Below are positions 25,245 to 37,752 of a stretch of DNA of 64,000 bases, in pieces; the stretch's first letter is position 1; every line of letters begins with the position of its first letter. A program made the position numbers and the translations under genes. The stretch covers positions 1,902 to 65,901 of the forward strand of contig NW_021824833.1 in NCBI RefSeq assembly GCF_006345805.1, given 5' to 3'. Below the pieces are notes generated by a model. That model worked only from the letters and a program-made list of their open reading frames with translations, was not told the DNA's origin and made no database searches. The DNA is from Octopus sinensis (Eukaryota).

Positions 25245-25721
25245 AAAAACGCAATAGAGGACAATAAAACATTCGTTCAGATAGACGATACAAATGCGGA
25301 CAGGAAAAACAACAATTAGATGCCTACTTTCTTCAGTCATGTTAACAGATGTCCTTCCAGTTTCGGACAGTTACACTTGAGACTGTTCGATCTGGTTGCC
25401 CAAAAAAAAGTCTAAGCTAAAAGCATTAGATGTCTTTTGTACACCATATTCTCCGTTTTTTGTCATTGTTGCTCTACACATTCGCTAGGTTTCTTACAAA
25501 AGACATCTAATGCTCTTAGCTTAGACTTTTTGGGAGCAACCAGATCGAACATTCTCAAGTGTAACTGTCCGAAACTGTAAGGATATCTGGTAACTTGACT
25601 GAAGAAAGAAGGCCAATAATGACACGCCCCTTTTTTACCTGTCCCTCTAATTCTTGTTTTCCCTGTCCGCCTTTGTATCGTCTATCTGACCGAATGTTTT
25701 ATTGTCTCCTATTGCGTTTTT
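25245..25721. mobile_element. Foldback / MITE-like long inverted repeat
   Basis: Arms 25245-25441 and 25495-25721 are reverse complements around a 53-nt loop. The right arm carries a ~40-nt insertion. Confidence 0.85.
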
Positions 25722-25805
25722 ATTCCATTTTTTTATATTTCTATATACAAATAGCGGCATAGTACACACTTGTGTTCATCTAATAGTATGTATGTATTAT
25801 ATATA

Positions 25806-25865
<60 letters not shown>

Positions 25866-25868
<3 letters not shown>

Positions 25869-26165
25869 GGTCCCGGGTTGATTCGGGGTTAACCACAGTA
25901 AATAAGGTACTCAATACATAGCAGAGTAAAATTAATTTATTATATAGAAGGAGCTTCTACAGGACTAGAACTGTTTCATTCAAGAGAAATCATCAGGAAG
26001 CTAGTTAACAAGAATTGTATTGGCATTTATACATTTAGGCGGGTTTAAAGGGGTGGTGGTGGTGGGGGACTTTTTAGGGGTAGGCATAGCGCAAAAATAT
26101 CATACTTGGGGGAGTGGTCAAGGAGTCAGTGGTAAATTAGATAAAAGAATAAATAAAAGAATAAA
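25866..26165 (-). mobile_element. Penelope-like pseudo-LTR copy with a type I hammerhead
   Basis: Near-identical inverted copy of 27380-27610. Confidence 0.7.
25952..26002 (-). ncRNA. Type I hammerhead ribozyme motif
   Basis: AGCTTC-CTGATGA-tttctcttgaat-GAAACAG-ttctagtc-CTGTA^GAAGCT: full catalytic core, 6-bp stem I, 4-bp stem III, weak stem II. Confidence 0.7.
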
Positions 26166-26534
26166 AAAATATATAGAAGAATAGAGTTTTAGGTAAATAA
26201 GGAGATTCTCACTTATACATATACACATATGTATATATATATACACACACACACACATATACATACACACATACATATACACACACATATATATATATAC
26301 ATATACATATATATACATATACACATATATATATATATATACACATACATGTATATATATATATACACACACACATGTATATATACACACACGCCCACAC
26401 ATACATATACACACAAAAATTATATACATACACACACATACACACATACACACACATATCTACATACACACATGCACACACAAGTCCATATATACACACA
26501 TGTATATATATAATAATATATAATATATATATAT

Positions 26535-26576
<42 letters not shown>

Positions 26577-27127
26577 ATATATACATATGTGTACCTATAC
26601 ATACCTACACATACACACATATACATACAAATACAAACCATTCCCTAATTTTAATTTTATTATTATCTTCATTTATTACTTTTGTTATCTTTGACCGCGG
26701 GTCACAAGCATCTTGGCTATCGTCCCCCTGGGGACGACAGCAAGTCCATTTATCTTTCTACTCGAACACAAGCACTCACTCACGCACGCACACTCATTCG
26801 CACTCACACTCATTCGCACGCACACTCACTCATTCGTACATTCATACACATACACGCACGCACGCGTTATATTCATACATACATACATCTACATACATTC
26901 ACATATATACACATACGTACGCGTACCTACAGATTCATGTCTACACGCTTACACATACATACCTCAATACACCCACAATACAATGATTAAAATCCTCCAT
27001 ATTAATTATTATCGAGAAAATCTTTAAAGGCTGAGAAATCATTATTTCTAATCTAATAGTCCATACATATACACCAATAAATATATAACACACATACATA
27101 TACACCTACATACAAATACATACACAT

Positions 27128-27178
<51 letters not shown>

Positions 27179-27329
27179 GTACGTATATATACATAAATAT
27201 ACATACACCCATACATACGTACATATATACACATACACACACCCACACATATACATATACATACATATACGCGCATACATACACATACATAAACATACAC
27301 ATACACATATATATATACATATATAATAC

Positions 27330-27602
27330 TACAAAATTAGAAAATGGAGAAACATATTTAATATTATCCCATGGTGGGTTGAATTTTTTTATTTATTCTT
27401 TTATCTAATTTACCATTGACTCCTTGACCACTACCCCAAGTATGATATTTTGCGCTATGCCTACCCCCAAAAAGTCCCCCACCACCACCCCTTTAAACCC
27501 GCCTAAATGTATAAATGCCAATACAATTCTTGTTAACTAGCTTCCTGATGATTTCTCTTGAATGAAACAGTTCTAGTCCTGTAGAAGCTCCTTCTATATA
27601 AT

Positions 27603-27610
<8 letters not shown>
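27330..27610 (+). mobile_element. Penelope-like 3' end / pseudo-LTR with a type I hammerhead
   Basis: Its 5' extension translates KLENGETYLILSHGGLN, resembling the E..WI...GLN end of a GIY-YIG domain. Confidence 0.7.
27539..27589 (+). ncRNA. Type I hammerhead ribozyme motif (predicted cleavage 27583/27584)
   Basis: Identical to the motif at 25952-26002. Confidence 0.7.
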
Positions 27611-27675
<65 letters not shown>

Positions 27676-27710
27676 ACAAAGAGAGACAAAGAGATAGAGA
27701 GAGAGAGAGA

Positions 27711-27779
<69 letters not shown>

Positions 27780-28138
27780 CAGATAGATATAATAAAAGGG
27801 AAGACAAACGAAGAAACGATTATCTTATGAACTCCAGTAGCTTATAGCTTAAAGCTTTTTCCACTACAGGTGTGGCGGAATCATAATTGAGTGCGAGTAA
27901 CACCTTACAGTTACTCAGGCACTCAACTATGAGTCCACCTTAATTTGTTGTGGAAACAGATGTAAGTTAATAGAGTTCGCAAGATAATCTTTTTTCTTTT
28001 GTCATCTCTTTTGTTTTATATAATATGTGTGTGGTGGTGTGTGTGTGTGCGTGTGTTTGTGTGTATGTATGTGTGTTGTATGTATATTTATATATATATA
28101 TATTATATATATATATATATATTATATATAATATATAT

Positions 28139-28538
28139 TGCGCAGGAGTGGCTGTGTGGTAAGTAGCTTGTTACCCCCATATGGTTCCGGGTTCGTCCCA
28201 CTGCGTGGCACCTTGGGCAAGTGTATTCTACTATAGCCTCGGCCGACAAAGTCTTGTGAGTGGATTTGGTAGACGGAAACTGAAAAGAAGCCCGTCGTAT
28301 ATATGTATATATATGTGTTCGTGTTTGTCTGTCTGTGTTTGTCCCTCTAGCATTGCTTGACAACCGATGCTGGTGTGTTTATGTCCCCGTTACTTAGCGG
28401 TTCAGCAAAAGGGACCGATAGAATAAGTACTGGGCTTACAAAAAGAATACGGTCCGGGGTCGATTTGCTCGATTAAAGATGGTGCTCCAGCATGGCCGCA
28501 GTCAAATGACTGAAACAAGTAAGAGTAAGAGTAAGAGT
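28139..28538 (+). mobile_element. SINE family 1, full length
   Basis: Head ggcgcaggagtggctgtgtggtaag, internal TA/TG tract and tail ...ccagcatggccgcagtcaaatgactgaaacaagtaaga. Confidence 0.85.
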
Positions 28539-28574
28539 ATGTGTGTGTGTGTGTGTGTGTGTGTGTATTTGTTT

Positions 28575-28987
28575 CTCTTTCATCTCTTTTACTTGTTTTA
28601 GTCATTTGACTACGGCCATGCTGGAGCACCGCCTTTAGTCGAGCAAATCGATTCCAGGACTTATTCTTTGTAAGCCTAATACTTATTCTATCGGTTTCTT
28701 TTGCTGAACCGCTAAGTTACGGGGACGTAAACACACCACCATCGGTTGTCAAGCGATGATGGGGGTCAAACACAGACACACAAGCATATACGCACACGTA
28801 CATAAATATATATATACATATATACGACGGGCTTCTTTCAGTTTCCGTCAACCAAATCCACTCACAAGACTTTAGTCGGCCCGAGGCTATAGTAGAAGAC
28901 ACTTGCCCAAGGTTCCACGCAGTGGGACTGAACCCAGAACCATGTAGTTGGTAAGCAAGCTACTTATCACACAGCCAATCCTGCGCC
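28575..28987 (-). mobile_element. SINE family 1, full length, inverted relative to 28139-28538
   Basis: Reverse complement of the same family. Confidence 0.85.
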
Positions 28988-29026
28988 TTGTATGTGTATA
29001 TATATATATATGCGTGTGTGTGTGTT

Positions 29027-29057
<31 letters not shown>

Positions 29058-29174
29058 ATGTAAGTATGTATGTATGCATGTATGCATGTATGTATGTATG
29101 TATGTATGTATGTATGTATGTATGTATGTATGTATGTATGTATGTATGTATGTATGTTATATGTATTTATATAT

Positions 29175-29340
29175 ATGTATAATGTAACCACATGTGGATT
29201 GTTGGCGATTTTTTCCTCCGTCTTCCTTTTCTCTTGGACTTTCCTCTGTCTCCTGTTTCTGAAGAAGAGCTTTGCTCGAAACGTAAATCCACCTTTCTTT
29301 CCTTCTCTGAGCGTCTGCTAATACTTTACTTGGACCACAT
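29175..29340 (+). mobile_element. Penelope-like pseudo-LTR fragment with a minimal hammerhead (29256-29288)
   Basis: ttt-CTGAAGA-a-GAGC ttt GCTC-GAAACGTA^aa; palindromic ACGT stem III of the minimal type I class. Confidence 0.55.
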
Positions 29341-29888
29341 CCTCACATTGCTGGGTTTTTTTCTCTGTTTGATCTCAGCCACGTTACCACGTGACGTAGT
29401 CAACGAACGAGTCTCTTCATCCTAACGATATGCAGGATTGAACCCAGAGCCATTACAAAACAGTCTGACCTGACAGTCCTGAATCGTACAAAAGTAACAG
29501 GATGCATCCAAGTTTCTAAGTTTAGTCGTTGTTTGGATGGAGATTGCGCGAAGCCTCCTTCTTCGAAAGGTGTTCAGACAACACACACGTGCACACATAA
29601 TGCACACACACACACGTACGTACACACATGTATGTGAATATATGTTTTGTGTGTGTGTGCGCGTGAGAGAGAGAGTGTGTGTGTGTATGTGAGTGTGTGT
29701 GTGTGTGTGTGTGTGTTCGTACGTGTGTGTGCGTGAGAGAGAGAGAGTGTTGTGCGTGTATGTGTTTGTATGTGTGTGTGTTCGTACGTGTGTGTGCGTG
29801 AGAGAGAGATATAAAGGGCGTTTTTTGTGAATCTATTATGAGTTACCTCCCTTAATAAATAGCAAGTGAACAGAACTTGTGTGATAAC

Positions 29889-29923
<35 letters not shown>

Positions 29924-30569
29924 ACCTGACAGAACGAGGTCCCTTTAAGATGACGTCCCCTTCAACACAAGTCATCACTTTGTCCTGTTCTGGCTAAACA
30001 ATGGGCTCTTGGTGTCAGTAGTCGGGTGTTTGCTCCAACGAGGAACGAGGAACCATATCCTCCAAAATTTCACCCTAGCGTCTTATACAAAAGAAGGAAC
30101 ATATTAACCAGTGTGATTGTAGATGTATAGAAAGACAGGATTGCCACAGCCGGAACGCTTTTGATCGTTGACTAATCTGGAGCTAAACAACGCTAACAAC
30201 TATGTTAACGGCGACACCGCTTGTTCTGAGTTACGTCCCTTGGTATAGTCTGAGGCTTGTAAGAGTGCTCTCCCTTACAATTATATAGCTTTAATTCTTT
30301 CCTGAGAATTAAGTTATCAATAAACTGTCAATACATTTATCACTCTAAGGTAAGCAGCGGACTTTTAAACCCTGGTTGACAAACAAGTTTCCTTTTTGCA
30401 CAGGTGGGACACTGAGGCGCGAAATGTTGCTGCAGAAACAGAACGTCCAAGGCTAAGTCAGTGAAGGAAATTGGAGCTAAGTTGGACTCTAACTTTACAT
30501 AGGCCAATTAATTATTCTAGTTGACGATCCGTCGACATCGTAATAAGAAGCCATTAAGAAGTCAGCTGA

Positions 30570-31470
30570 ACTTCTCTGAACTACAAAGAGGAGCATTTTG
30601 GGGAGGGAAAGAGGATATCTTGCTTATCTAAATCCAGTCATAATAGAATCTTCTGGAAGACACATGGTGCATCAAGGAAGAAAGGTTTATTTCACAGAAA
30701 CTGAAGTTATAGAAGTGATGAAAGCGTTCAAATGTGGCGAAGCCGTAGGAAAGGATAAAATTCGGCCTGAGATGTTAAATGCCTTAAACAGATATAGAGC
30801 AACATTTATATACAGACATAGAAATATTTGCCCAAGTAGAGACATGTGACCATTCGTAAAAGAACTTTGCAGAAACCAGAAATTTCTCTTTAAACCCAAG
30901 ACACTGCGAAATCCTACACAGCATGTCGTTCAATACATGGCCATATGCCTTTTCGACATCTACAAAACAAGGGTACACCTCTTCGCAATATTTCTATCGT
31001 TTAAGGCTACGAGCTGGCAGAAACGTTAGCACGCCGGGTCAAATGCTGAGCAGTATTTCGTCTGCCGCTACGTTCTGAATTCAAATTCCGCCGAGGTCGA
31101 CATTGCCTTTCATCCTTTCGACTTCGATAAATTAAGGACCAGTTGCGTACTGAGGTCGATCTAATCGACTGGCCCCCTCCCACCAAATTCTCGGGCCTTG
31201 TGCCAAGAGTAGAAAACAATATTTCTATCGTTTATCGAAGACCTGCCATAGAGTAAATATCTGGTTGGTTGTGCCGTGTCCTGAACGGAAGCCACACAGC
31301 TCTTCAACAAGTTTGAGCGCAACACTTTCCCTCCATCTCTTTCCCAGACCTCTAGCGTAGATTTTACTAGTGATGTTCAATAAGGAGATTCCCTGTAAAT
31401 CAAATATTGTCTCTAGCTTCTCTTTTATAAAAAAAAAAATAGTGGTTATCACTCTGCATCGCCATTGTAT
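30570..31470. mobile_element. Rearranged RTE-clade LINE RT fragments interrupted by a SINE
   Basis: Plus strand: FTETEVIEVMKAFKCGEAVGKDKIRPEML. Minus strand: GISLLNITSKIYAR...EELCGFRSGHGTTNQIFTL and CFVDVEKAY. The two parts face each other, indicating a local inversion. Confidence 0.7.
31004..31216 (+). mobile_element. SINE family 2A with an 18-bp TSD
   Basis: caatatttctatcgttta at 30986-31003 and 31217-31234. Confidence 0.85.
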
Positions 31471-31875
31471 GTCATTGTAACTGTATCTACATTATTAAAG
31501 ACATTTGCGTTAAAAGTGTTCGAATGATTAAAATCCTCCATATTAATTATTATCGAGAAAATCTTTAAAGGCTGAGAAATCATTATTTCTAATCTAATGT
31601 GGTTCAGTTTCTTGTCTTGAATCTCATCCAAATCTGCTCACGTAACAATCATTATATTTATCACTCTCACAAAATAATATGATTATATTAATCATCAAAC
31701 AAGATACGACGATATAAATCATTACACGTTGTAATTACATTAAGAGAAGTAATGATAAAAGCATTCAGTAGCCGGTGTCGTTGGAAATATTTCCCCAACA
31801 GGAAATTATGCCGGTGACATGAGTAAAAAGGTTTTCGAAATTGAATTCATTCAGAAAGACTTTCACTTATCTCTC

Positions 31876-32235
31876 TCTATATAAAGCTGAAGTTGTCTGT
31901 GTATGGCAGGTTTGGTAGCCTTCAACTAACACTATCTCCTCCGAGACCCTGCGGCGCAAGTTGACCAAAATTGAGAGTACGATACAAGAAGGTTTGCTCT
32001 TCCTTCCGTAGAAGAAAAAATTAAAATCGGACCATGTTAACCCCAAAAAGTTACATCAAAATGGTGCTTTTTTTCTATGAAAATCCCTATTTTTTACGAT
32101 TTTTTGACTGCTGTGTCACCGTTTTTCGGTGTATTTCAACCAGAAAAATGTTCACTTAAAGAGAATAACAAGCTACATAATGCAAAATTCTAAAGGGTCG
32201 AAACAAACCCGAGCAACGCCGGGCGATACTGCTAG
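31876..32235 (+). mobile_element. Non-autonomous Helitron-like element
   Basis: 5' TC-TATATAAAG; 3' hairpin CCCGagcaacgcCGGG followed by CTAG-T. Same family at 51958-52345 and 62694-63079. Confidence 0.75.
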
Positions 32236-32404
32236 TATATAGATACGTCCTCTTCTATGTTCAAACCATCGTAAAAGAAAAACGAGAAACATCAACCAGC
32301 CAAATAATCATTACCTATCAACTTTGGTGCTTCAAAGTGGTTGCTTGATCTGCTAGATACAGTAATCAAATATCAATGAAATCATTCCCGGAAGACAGCC
32401 ATTA

Positions 32405-32520
32405 ACAAAATTTCCCCCAAGACACCTGATGAAGGCTGGAGAGTATATCCGCCGAAAGTTGTGTTAACAACAAACAGGATGTGGACAAATATCCGTCAAA
32501 TGTAAATAATGTAAATAATA
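32405..32520 (+). mobile_element. Penelope-like fragment with a mutated minimal hammerhead (32421-32465)
   Basis: gacac-CTGATGA-aggctgg..ccgcc-GAAA-gtt-gtgtt. The tail gtcaaatgtaaataatgta recurs at 34575-34670 (-) and 35025-35080. Confidence 0.55.
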
Positions 32521-33213
32521 GCAACTTAACTTTTACATTTGAATTAGTGTTACTTCCAACTATACTTTTTTAGCTGATGACGGTTCACCGTCAACTGATA
32601 CGAGATCCCAGGTGCAGAAAATACCCGTGAGTAAACATTTAGATCTTTGCCCAACAAACAAACACCCCAAATACCAATTTTTCCTTTAATATCAAAGCAT
32701 CGGGTACACCTCTGTCTAATTCTGATTACATAAGGAAAATATATTCATTAAGAAATACAAACCAAAGCTAAATAATTTATAAGAACGCAACAGAATGAGT
32801 ATATACACTAAACAATTACAAACAACGAAAATACAGGAAGTCAAAAGCTGAGGTAACGGGTTCCTTCCGAGACTCGGAACCCAAACTTCAAATACCTGTG
32901 TAATTACACTTTTCCGATATTACTGGCTGATGTCATCCTAGAAACTTCTCAGCTGGCCCCTCGTAATGTTGTAAGTTATTGAGGTAGTGGGACGCTCTTT
33001 ATCCTGTATCAAATAGGACGAGAATAAAACTGGTGACACCATAACGCACACACACACATCCTTCCCACTGAAAGAAAACGTTTCGAGACGCCACTACGTC
33101 ACTGGTAATGATTTCTCCTGTCACCGCTCATACTGGAGCATTGGTGTCAATTCCTCGATTCGTTCCGGCGAGTAAATAGCAGCCAGATTCTCTGAAATGT
33201 TATCATAACGAAT

Positions 33214-33639
33214 GAGTGGCTGTGTGGTAAGAAGCTTGCTTACCAACCACATGGTTCCGGGTTCAGTCCCAGTGCGTGACACCTTGGGCAAGTGCCTTCT
33301 ACTATGGTCTCGGGCCGACCAAGGCCTTGTGAGTGGATTTGGTAGACGGAAACTGAAAGAAGCCCGTCGTATATATGTATGTATATGTATATGTATGTGT
33401 GTACGTATTTGTGTGTGGGGGGTGTATGTTTGTGTGTCTGTGTTTGTCTCCCCAACATCGCTTGACAACTGATGCTGGTGTGTTTACGTCCCCATAACTT
33501 AGCGTTCGGCAAAAGAGCCCGATATAATAAGTACTAGGCTTACAAAAGAATAAGTCCTGGGATCGATTCGCTCGACTAAAGGCGGTGCTCCAGCATGGCC
33601 ACAGTCAGATGTCTGAAACAAGTAAAAGAGTAAAAGAGT
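33214..33639 (+). mobile_element. SINE family 1, full length
   Basis: Head, internal TATG/TG tract and tail match the family. Confidence 0.85.
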
Positions 33640-34335
33640 AACGAAAAATTAGCCAAGGTACGCTGGAGTGTACAAAAAGACTGTATTGCCGCAGCTGGAG
33701 CTCTTATGATCTTGGGTTTCTTTCAATTATAAATGAGATGCAGCTAAAAAAAATAGTCACAATAAGAACAACAACAACGACGACGACGACCATATATTTT
33801 TCCAGTTTGGTAAAAATGCAACCTTACGCAGTTATCTCCCACAACATAGTCTTGCGCTGTAAGAGTGCTCTCCCCTGCAAACATATCGCTATAGTCTATG
33901 CTGAATCAAGCTTTTCTACATCGATATGATAATAATAATAATAATCCTTTTTACTAAAGGCACAAGGCCCGGAATTTGTGGGGATGGTGATAATCGATTA
34001 CATCGACCCCAGTACTCGACTGGTACTTAATTTATCGAACCCTGAAATGATAAAAGGCAAAGTCATCCATCATGCTAACAACTCTGCCTGCTCGCTGCTC
34101 AGCCGGTAGCTGAGGAGTACAGGGTTCGATTCTCGTTGCTACCTGCTGGCAACTATTGATAGACGCAGACATGGCTATGTGGTAAGAAGTTTGCTTCCCA
34201 ACGACATGGTTCCCCGGGTTCAATCTCATTGTGTGGCACCTTGGGCAAGTGTCTACTATAGCCTCGGACCGACCGAAGGCATGTGAGTGGAGAAGCCTAA
34301 CGAGTATATATATATATAGAGAGAGAGAGACATAC

Positions 34336-34384
<49 letters not shown>

Positions 34385-34410
34385 TACACGCACACGTGTA
34401 TATATATGTC

Positions 34411-34460
<50 letters not shown>

Positions 34461-34682
34461 TAAGGGAGCGAAACTACAAGGACTTTCCGTAGTCCGGTTG
34501 ATGAGGAAATCGGCTGCGAATGATCCTTGTTTTTGTCCTGTTTGCCGTTTGTCACACACACACAAACACACATATAGTGAATAGAATTATTTACATTATT
34601 TACATTTGACGGATATTTGTCCCCTCTTGTTTGTTGTTTCAGCTGATATACCCTCCTCTTGGGGAAATTTAGAACCTGGGTT

Positions 34683-34717
<35 letters not shown>

Positions 34718-35252
34718 GGTCACTGGCTGGAATCGAACTCGGAATCTTGAGGTTAGTAGCTTAACCACTACGCCATATGCCTGTGGACAATAATGGAATG
34801 GATTTTTAGGGCTTATAAATCTAATATTATCCTATCCTTCCTTAACACCGGTTCCCATATGCTACTTATATCTACACTCGGTCTGCTTAGGATGCTGGTG
34901 TGTCCTAGCATATTTGCTGCTTCTTTTAGTTTTCGTATTTTCCAGTGTCTATTATTTTAACTTCATCCCACAGCGGGTGGTGGTTTCCATTTTTCCATAC
35001 ATGATCAGCTATACCCGATTTATCTGTACCCGTCAAATGTAAATAATGTACATAATTCCTCATCTCTTAAATATAGAAATGTAGTGAATAAAAGTTTTGA
35101 GTTTGCGTGAAAACAAGAGCATTGCCATTTAAGTCTATATAATTTATGATATGTGTGCATGTTACTTCATACAATTATGAAGCCAAACTCTGGGTCACAA
35201 TATTCCACATACGGTAGAGATATGGAACAGAAGCTGAGACAAAACTGTTGTC

Positions 35253-35505
35253 TCATGTAAAGTTTTTGAGTCCGTCGAAGCCATTCATGCTACATTTTCT
35301 GGTGGCCAAACGACATCCAAATGTTATGGCGTCTTCTACAGAAAGTCCCTGGAGCAGAGAGTAAATTGTGCCGGCTGTGAATGTGTCTCCGGCGCCTAAT
35401 GAATCCTCGGGGTTTGTTAACTTTTCTGCAGGACTGTGGTAAATCGCTCCGTTTGAAAGTCGACAGGTGGCGCCCTGTTCACCCCACGTACATATCAGAG
35501 CTTCA
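35253..35505 (-). CDS. KHK: KHK exon 8 (terminal): EALICTWGEQGA...DSLGAGDTFTAG...NGFDGLKNFT*
   Basis: Acceptor ttctttcag, PfkB signature GAGD and stop at 35255-35253. Confidence 0.92.
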
Positions 35506-36227
35506 CTGAAAGAACATTAAAATTTAATGTTAATTGAATATTAAATCTATGTTATATCTTGAGAGGGTCTTTACGCCAATAATTATAACACTGGTTCAAT
35601 ATCACTTCTTTATTGTTAGTCGGTTAAATATCTCAGAACAGACTTTGAAGAGAGAGGACAAGTCACTGAGAAAGTGGCAAATAGCGACAAAAGGACTTTG
35701 ACTAACAAACAACCGATTGATTGTTTTGTCAGCATATTAAATAAATGATTGATCAGTTAGTCGGTGAAATATTTAACCATTTAATTAACAATAAAGTGGT
35801 ATTTAATCAGTGCGTGTGCTACTATTATTGGCATGATGACCCTCCCAAAACAAGATTAGTCTCAACACACGAATCCTATTAACCAAATACAAATATGAAA
35901 TAAATCTATGCTAATTAATTGGTTAGTGAATGTTAAATGAATGTTAGTAAAGAAATTAGCAAATATATACCAAGTAACCACCACCACTGCCACCATCGCA
36001 ACCACAACAACAACAGCATCAACAACACACTTCGCTCGCTCGAGATTGCAGCATTAGACTACAACGAAAGAATCGTGCTACTTCGCAGCATTCATTTCTA
36101 TCTTTTTTCTGGGGTTTTTTTTCTTTTCTTTTAGGTGAAGGCTACAGACTATTTGAAAAGTTTTGAAGATAAAAATTATTAATCGTATTAACACCGTTAA
36201 ATTATCAAATATGTAATATAATTTCTT

Positions 36228-36267
<40 letters not shown>

Positions 36268-36268
36268 T

Positions 36269-36302
<34 letters not shown>

Positions 36303-36307
36303 TTGAC

Positions 36308-36371
<64 letters not shown>

Positions 36372-36561
36372 GCAACAAAATTTCTTTCTGGGGTTCATTA
36401 CAATCTGCTCCCTCTTAATAATTTTGAGTCCTTTCTACGAATTTAATCCAGAAACTCAGTCCCCCTCAACAACTCCCACAGCTTCTACACACAACATTTC
36501 TTCTTCTCGCCATAAAATTAAGTAAAAAAAGATGTCGGTTGGTCATCTCGACTCTGTTTAC

Positions 36562-36676
36562 CTTTGTGGACAGGAAATTGCCAATCCCGTTACTGCTTCT
36601 TCCATGGAGGAATATCCTCGGAATTTAGCGTAGTCTTTGCCAAGAAACACATAATTTGGTTCACACAAGAGAATCT
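36562..36676 (-). CDS. KHK: KHK exon 7: ILLCEPNYVFLGKDYAKFRGYSSMEEAVTGLAISCPQ
   Basis: ttttgtctgttag / gtaaac; 115 nt; phase 1 to 2 fits both neighbours. Confidence 0.88.
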
Positions 36677-36810
36677 CTAACAGACAAAATAGAAAACGTA
36701 TAGGTCACTGTTAGTGTATTCAAGACACAGTATTCGGTGATAAGTACATTGTCTGGTCTACACATAATGTGCGTGTGTATATTAGCATGTGAATGCTTAT
36801 TGTGTGTATA

Positions 36811-36875
<65 letters not shown>

Positions 36876-37035
36876 TTGCGGGAGATTTGGTTCCTATATT
36901 AAATCATGGAACGTAATACCTGTATCCTTCGTTAGTTCACCGTCCTGACCTTTGGTACTACTAAATCGTATCATTTACTCCGTATAATATTTATTTTTTT
37001 GTCAAGAAACTGGCAAACGGTTCGCTTCAACTTAC

Positions 37036-37168
37036 CAAATTCTTTTTCAGGTTTTTCGACTTCAACAGACGTTATAATTCTTTCCTTTAAGTTTTTCGAT
37101 CGGTTGGTATCGGAAAGATACTGGAGAATCTTCTTGAGCTGCCGAATATTTTCGGTGCCACTCAGAGC
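37036..37168 (-). CDS. KHK: KHK exon 6: ALSGTENIRQLKK...IITSVEVEKPEKEF
   Basis: gtttgcag / gtaagt; 133 nt; SVEVEKP motif. Confidence 0.88.
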
Positions 37169-37752
37169 CTGCAAACGCAAGATTGAAACAAATGAGAAGC
37201 CGCAGACATTCCGCTATTGTTAACAAAGAAGACTTTGCACGCGCCAGTCACAGCCAATTTACTTCATGTATGTCCCGGCTGGACATTTATCTCCATGTCG
37301 GACTTGTAAGAAGGTGGAGCGGTTAACTGGTCAAGGACCCTGAGAGCAGCTTCCTGGGATAATTTAATGAGCCTCGTTCTTATAAATTTGTTTTTAACTC
37401 ATTGCAGCCTTGGAGATTGACAGCCTCTGCTCCCGGGCCGAACGATTCTTGCAATCCGCAGAAAATAATGATTCCTTTAATAGACACAAGGCTGACGGGA
37501 GGGAAATCGATGATATCGATCTCGGTTCTTGATTGTATGAGATTTTATTTTCGAATCAGTCCCGGGAGGATGAAAAGCAATGTTGAACCTCGGCGAAATT
37601 TGAACTAAGAAAGCAAACAGCCTGAAAAAACACAGCAAGGCATTTTGTACGAAGGCTCCAATGACTTTACCAATTCGTGTTCTAATCCACACAATTTTAG
37701 AAATAACCAATTGCGGAGGTGATATCAGCAACCATTCAGTCCAGCAAATACC

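Noticed and set aside
25575-25612. GAAA...CTGAAGA in the foldback arm as a type II hammerhead
   Set aside because: Stems I and II cannot be formed.
31449-31631. 60-aa ORF MDEIQDKKL... as a host exon
   Set aside because: No recognisable homology or convincing splice pair, and its end runs into an RTE remnant.
32574-32600. CTGATGA followed by a hairpin
   Set aside because: No GAAA or UH elements follow, so it is not a hammerhead.
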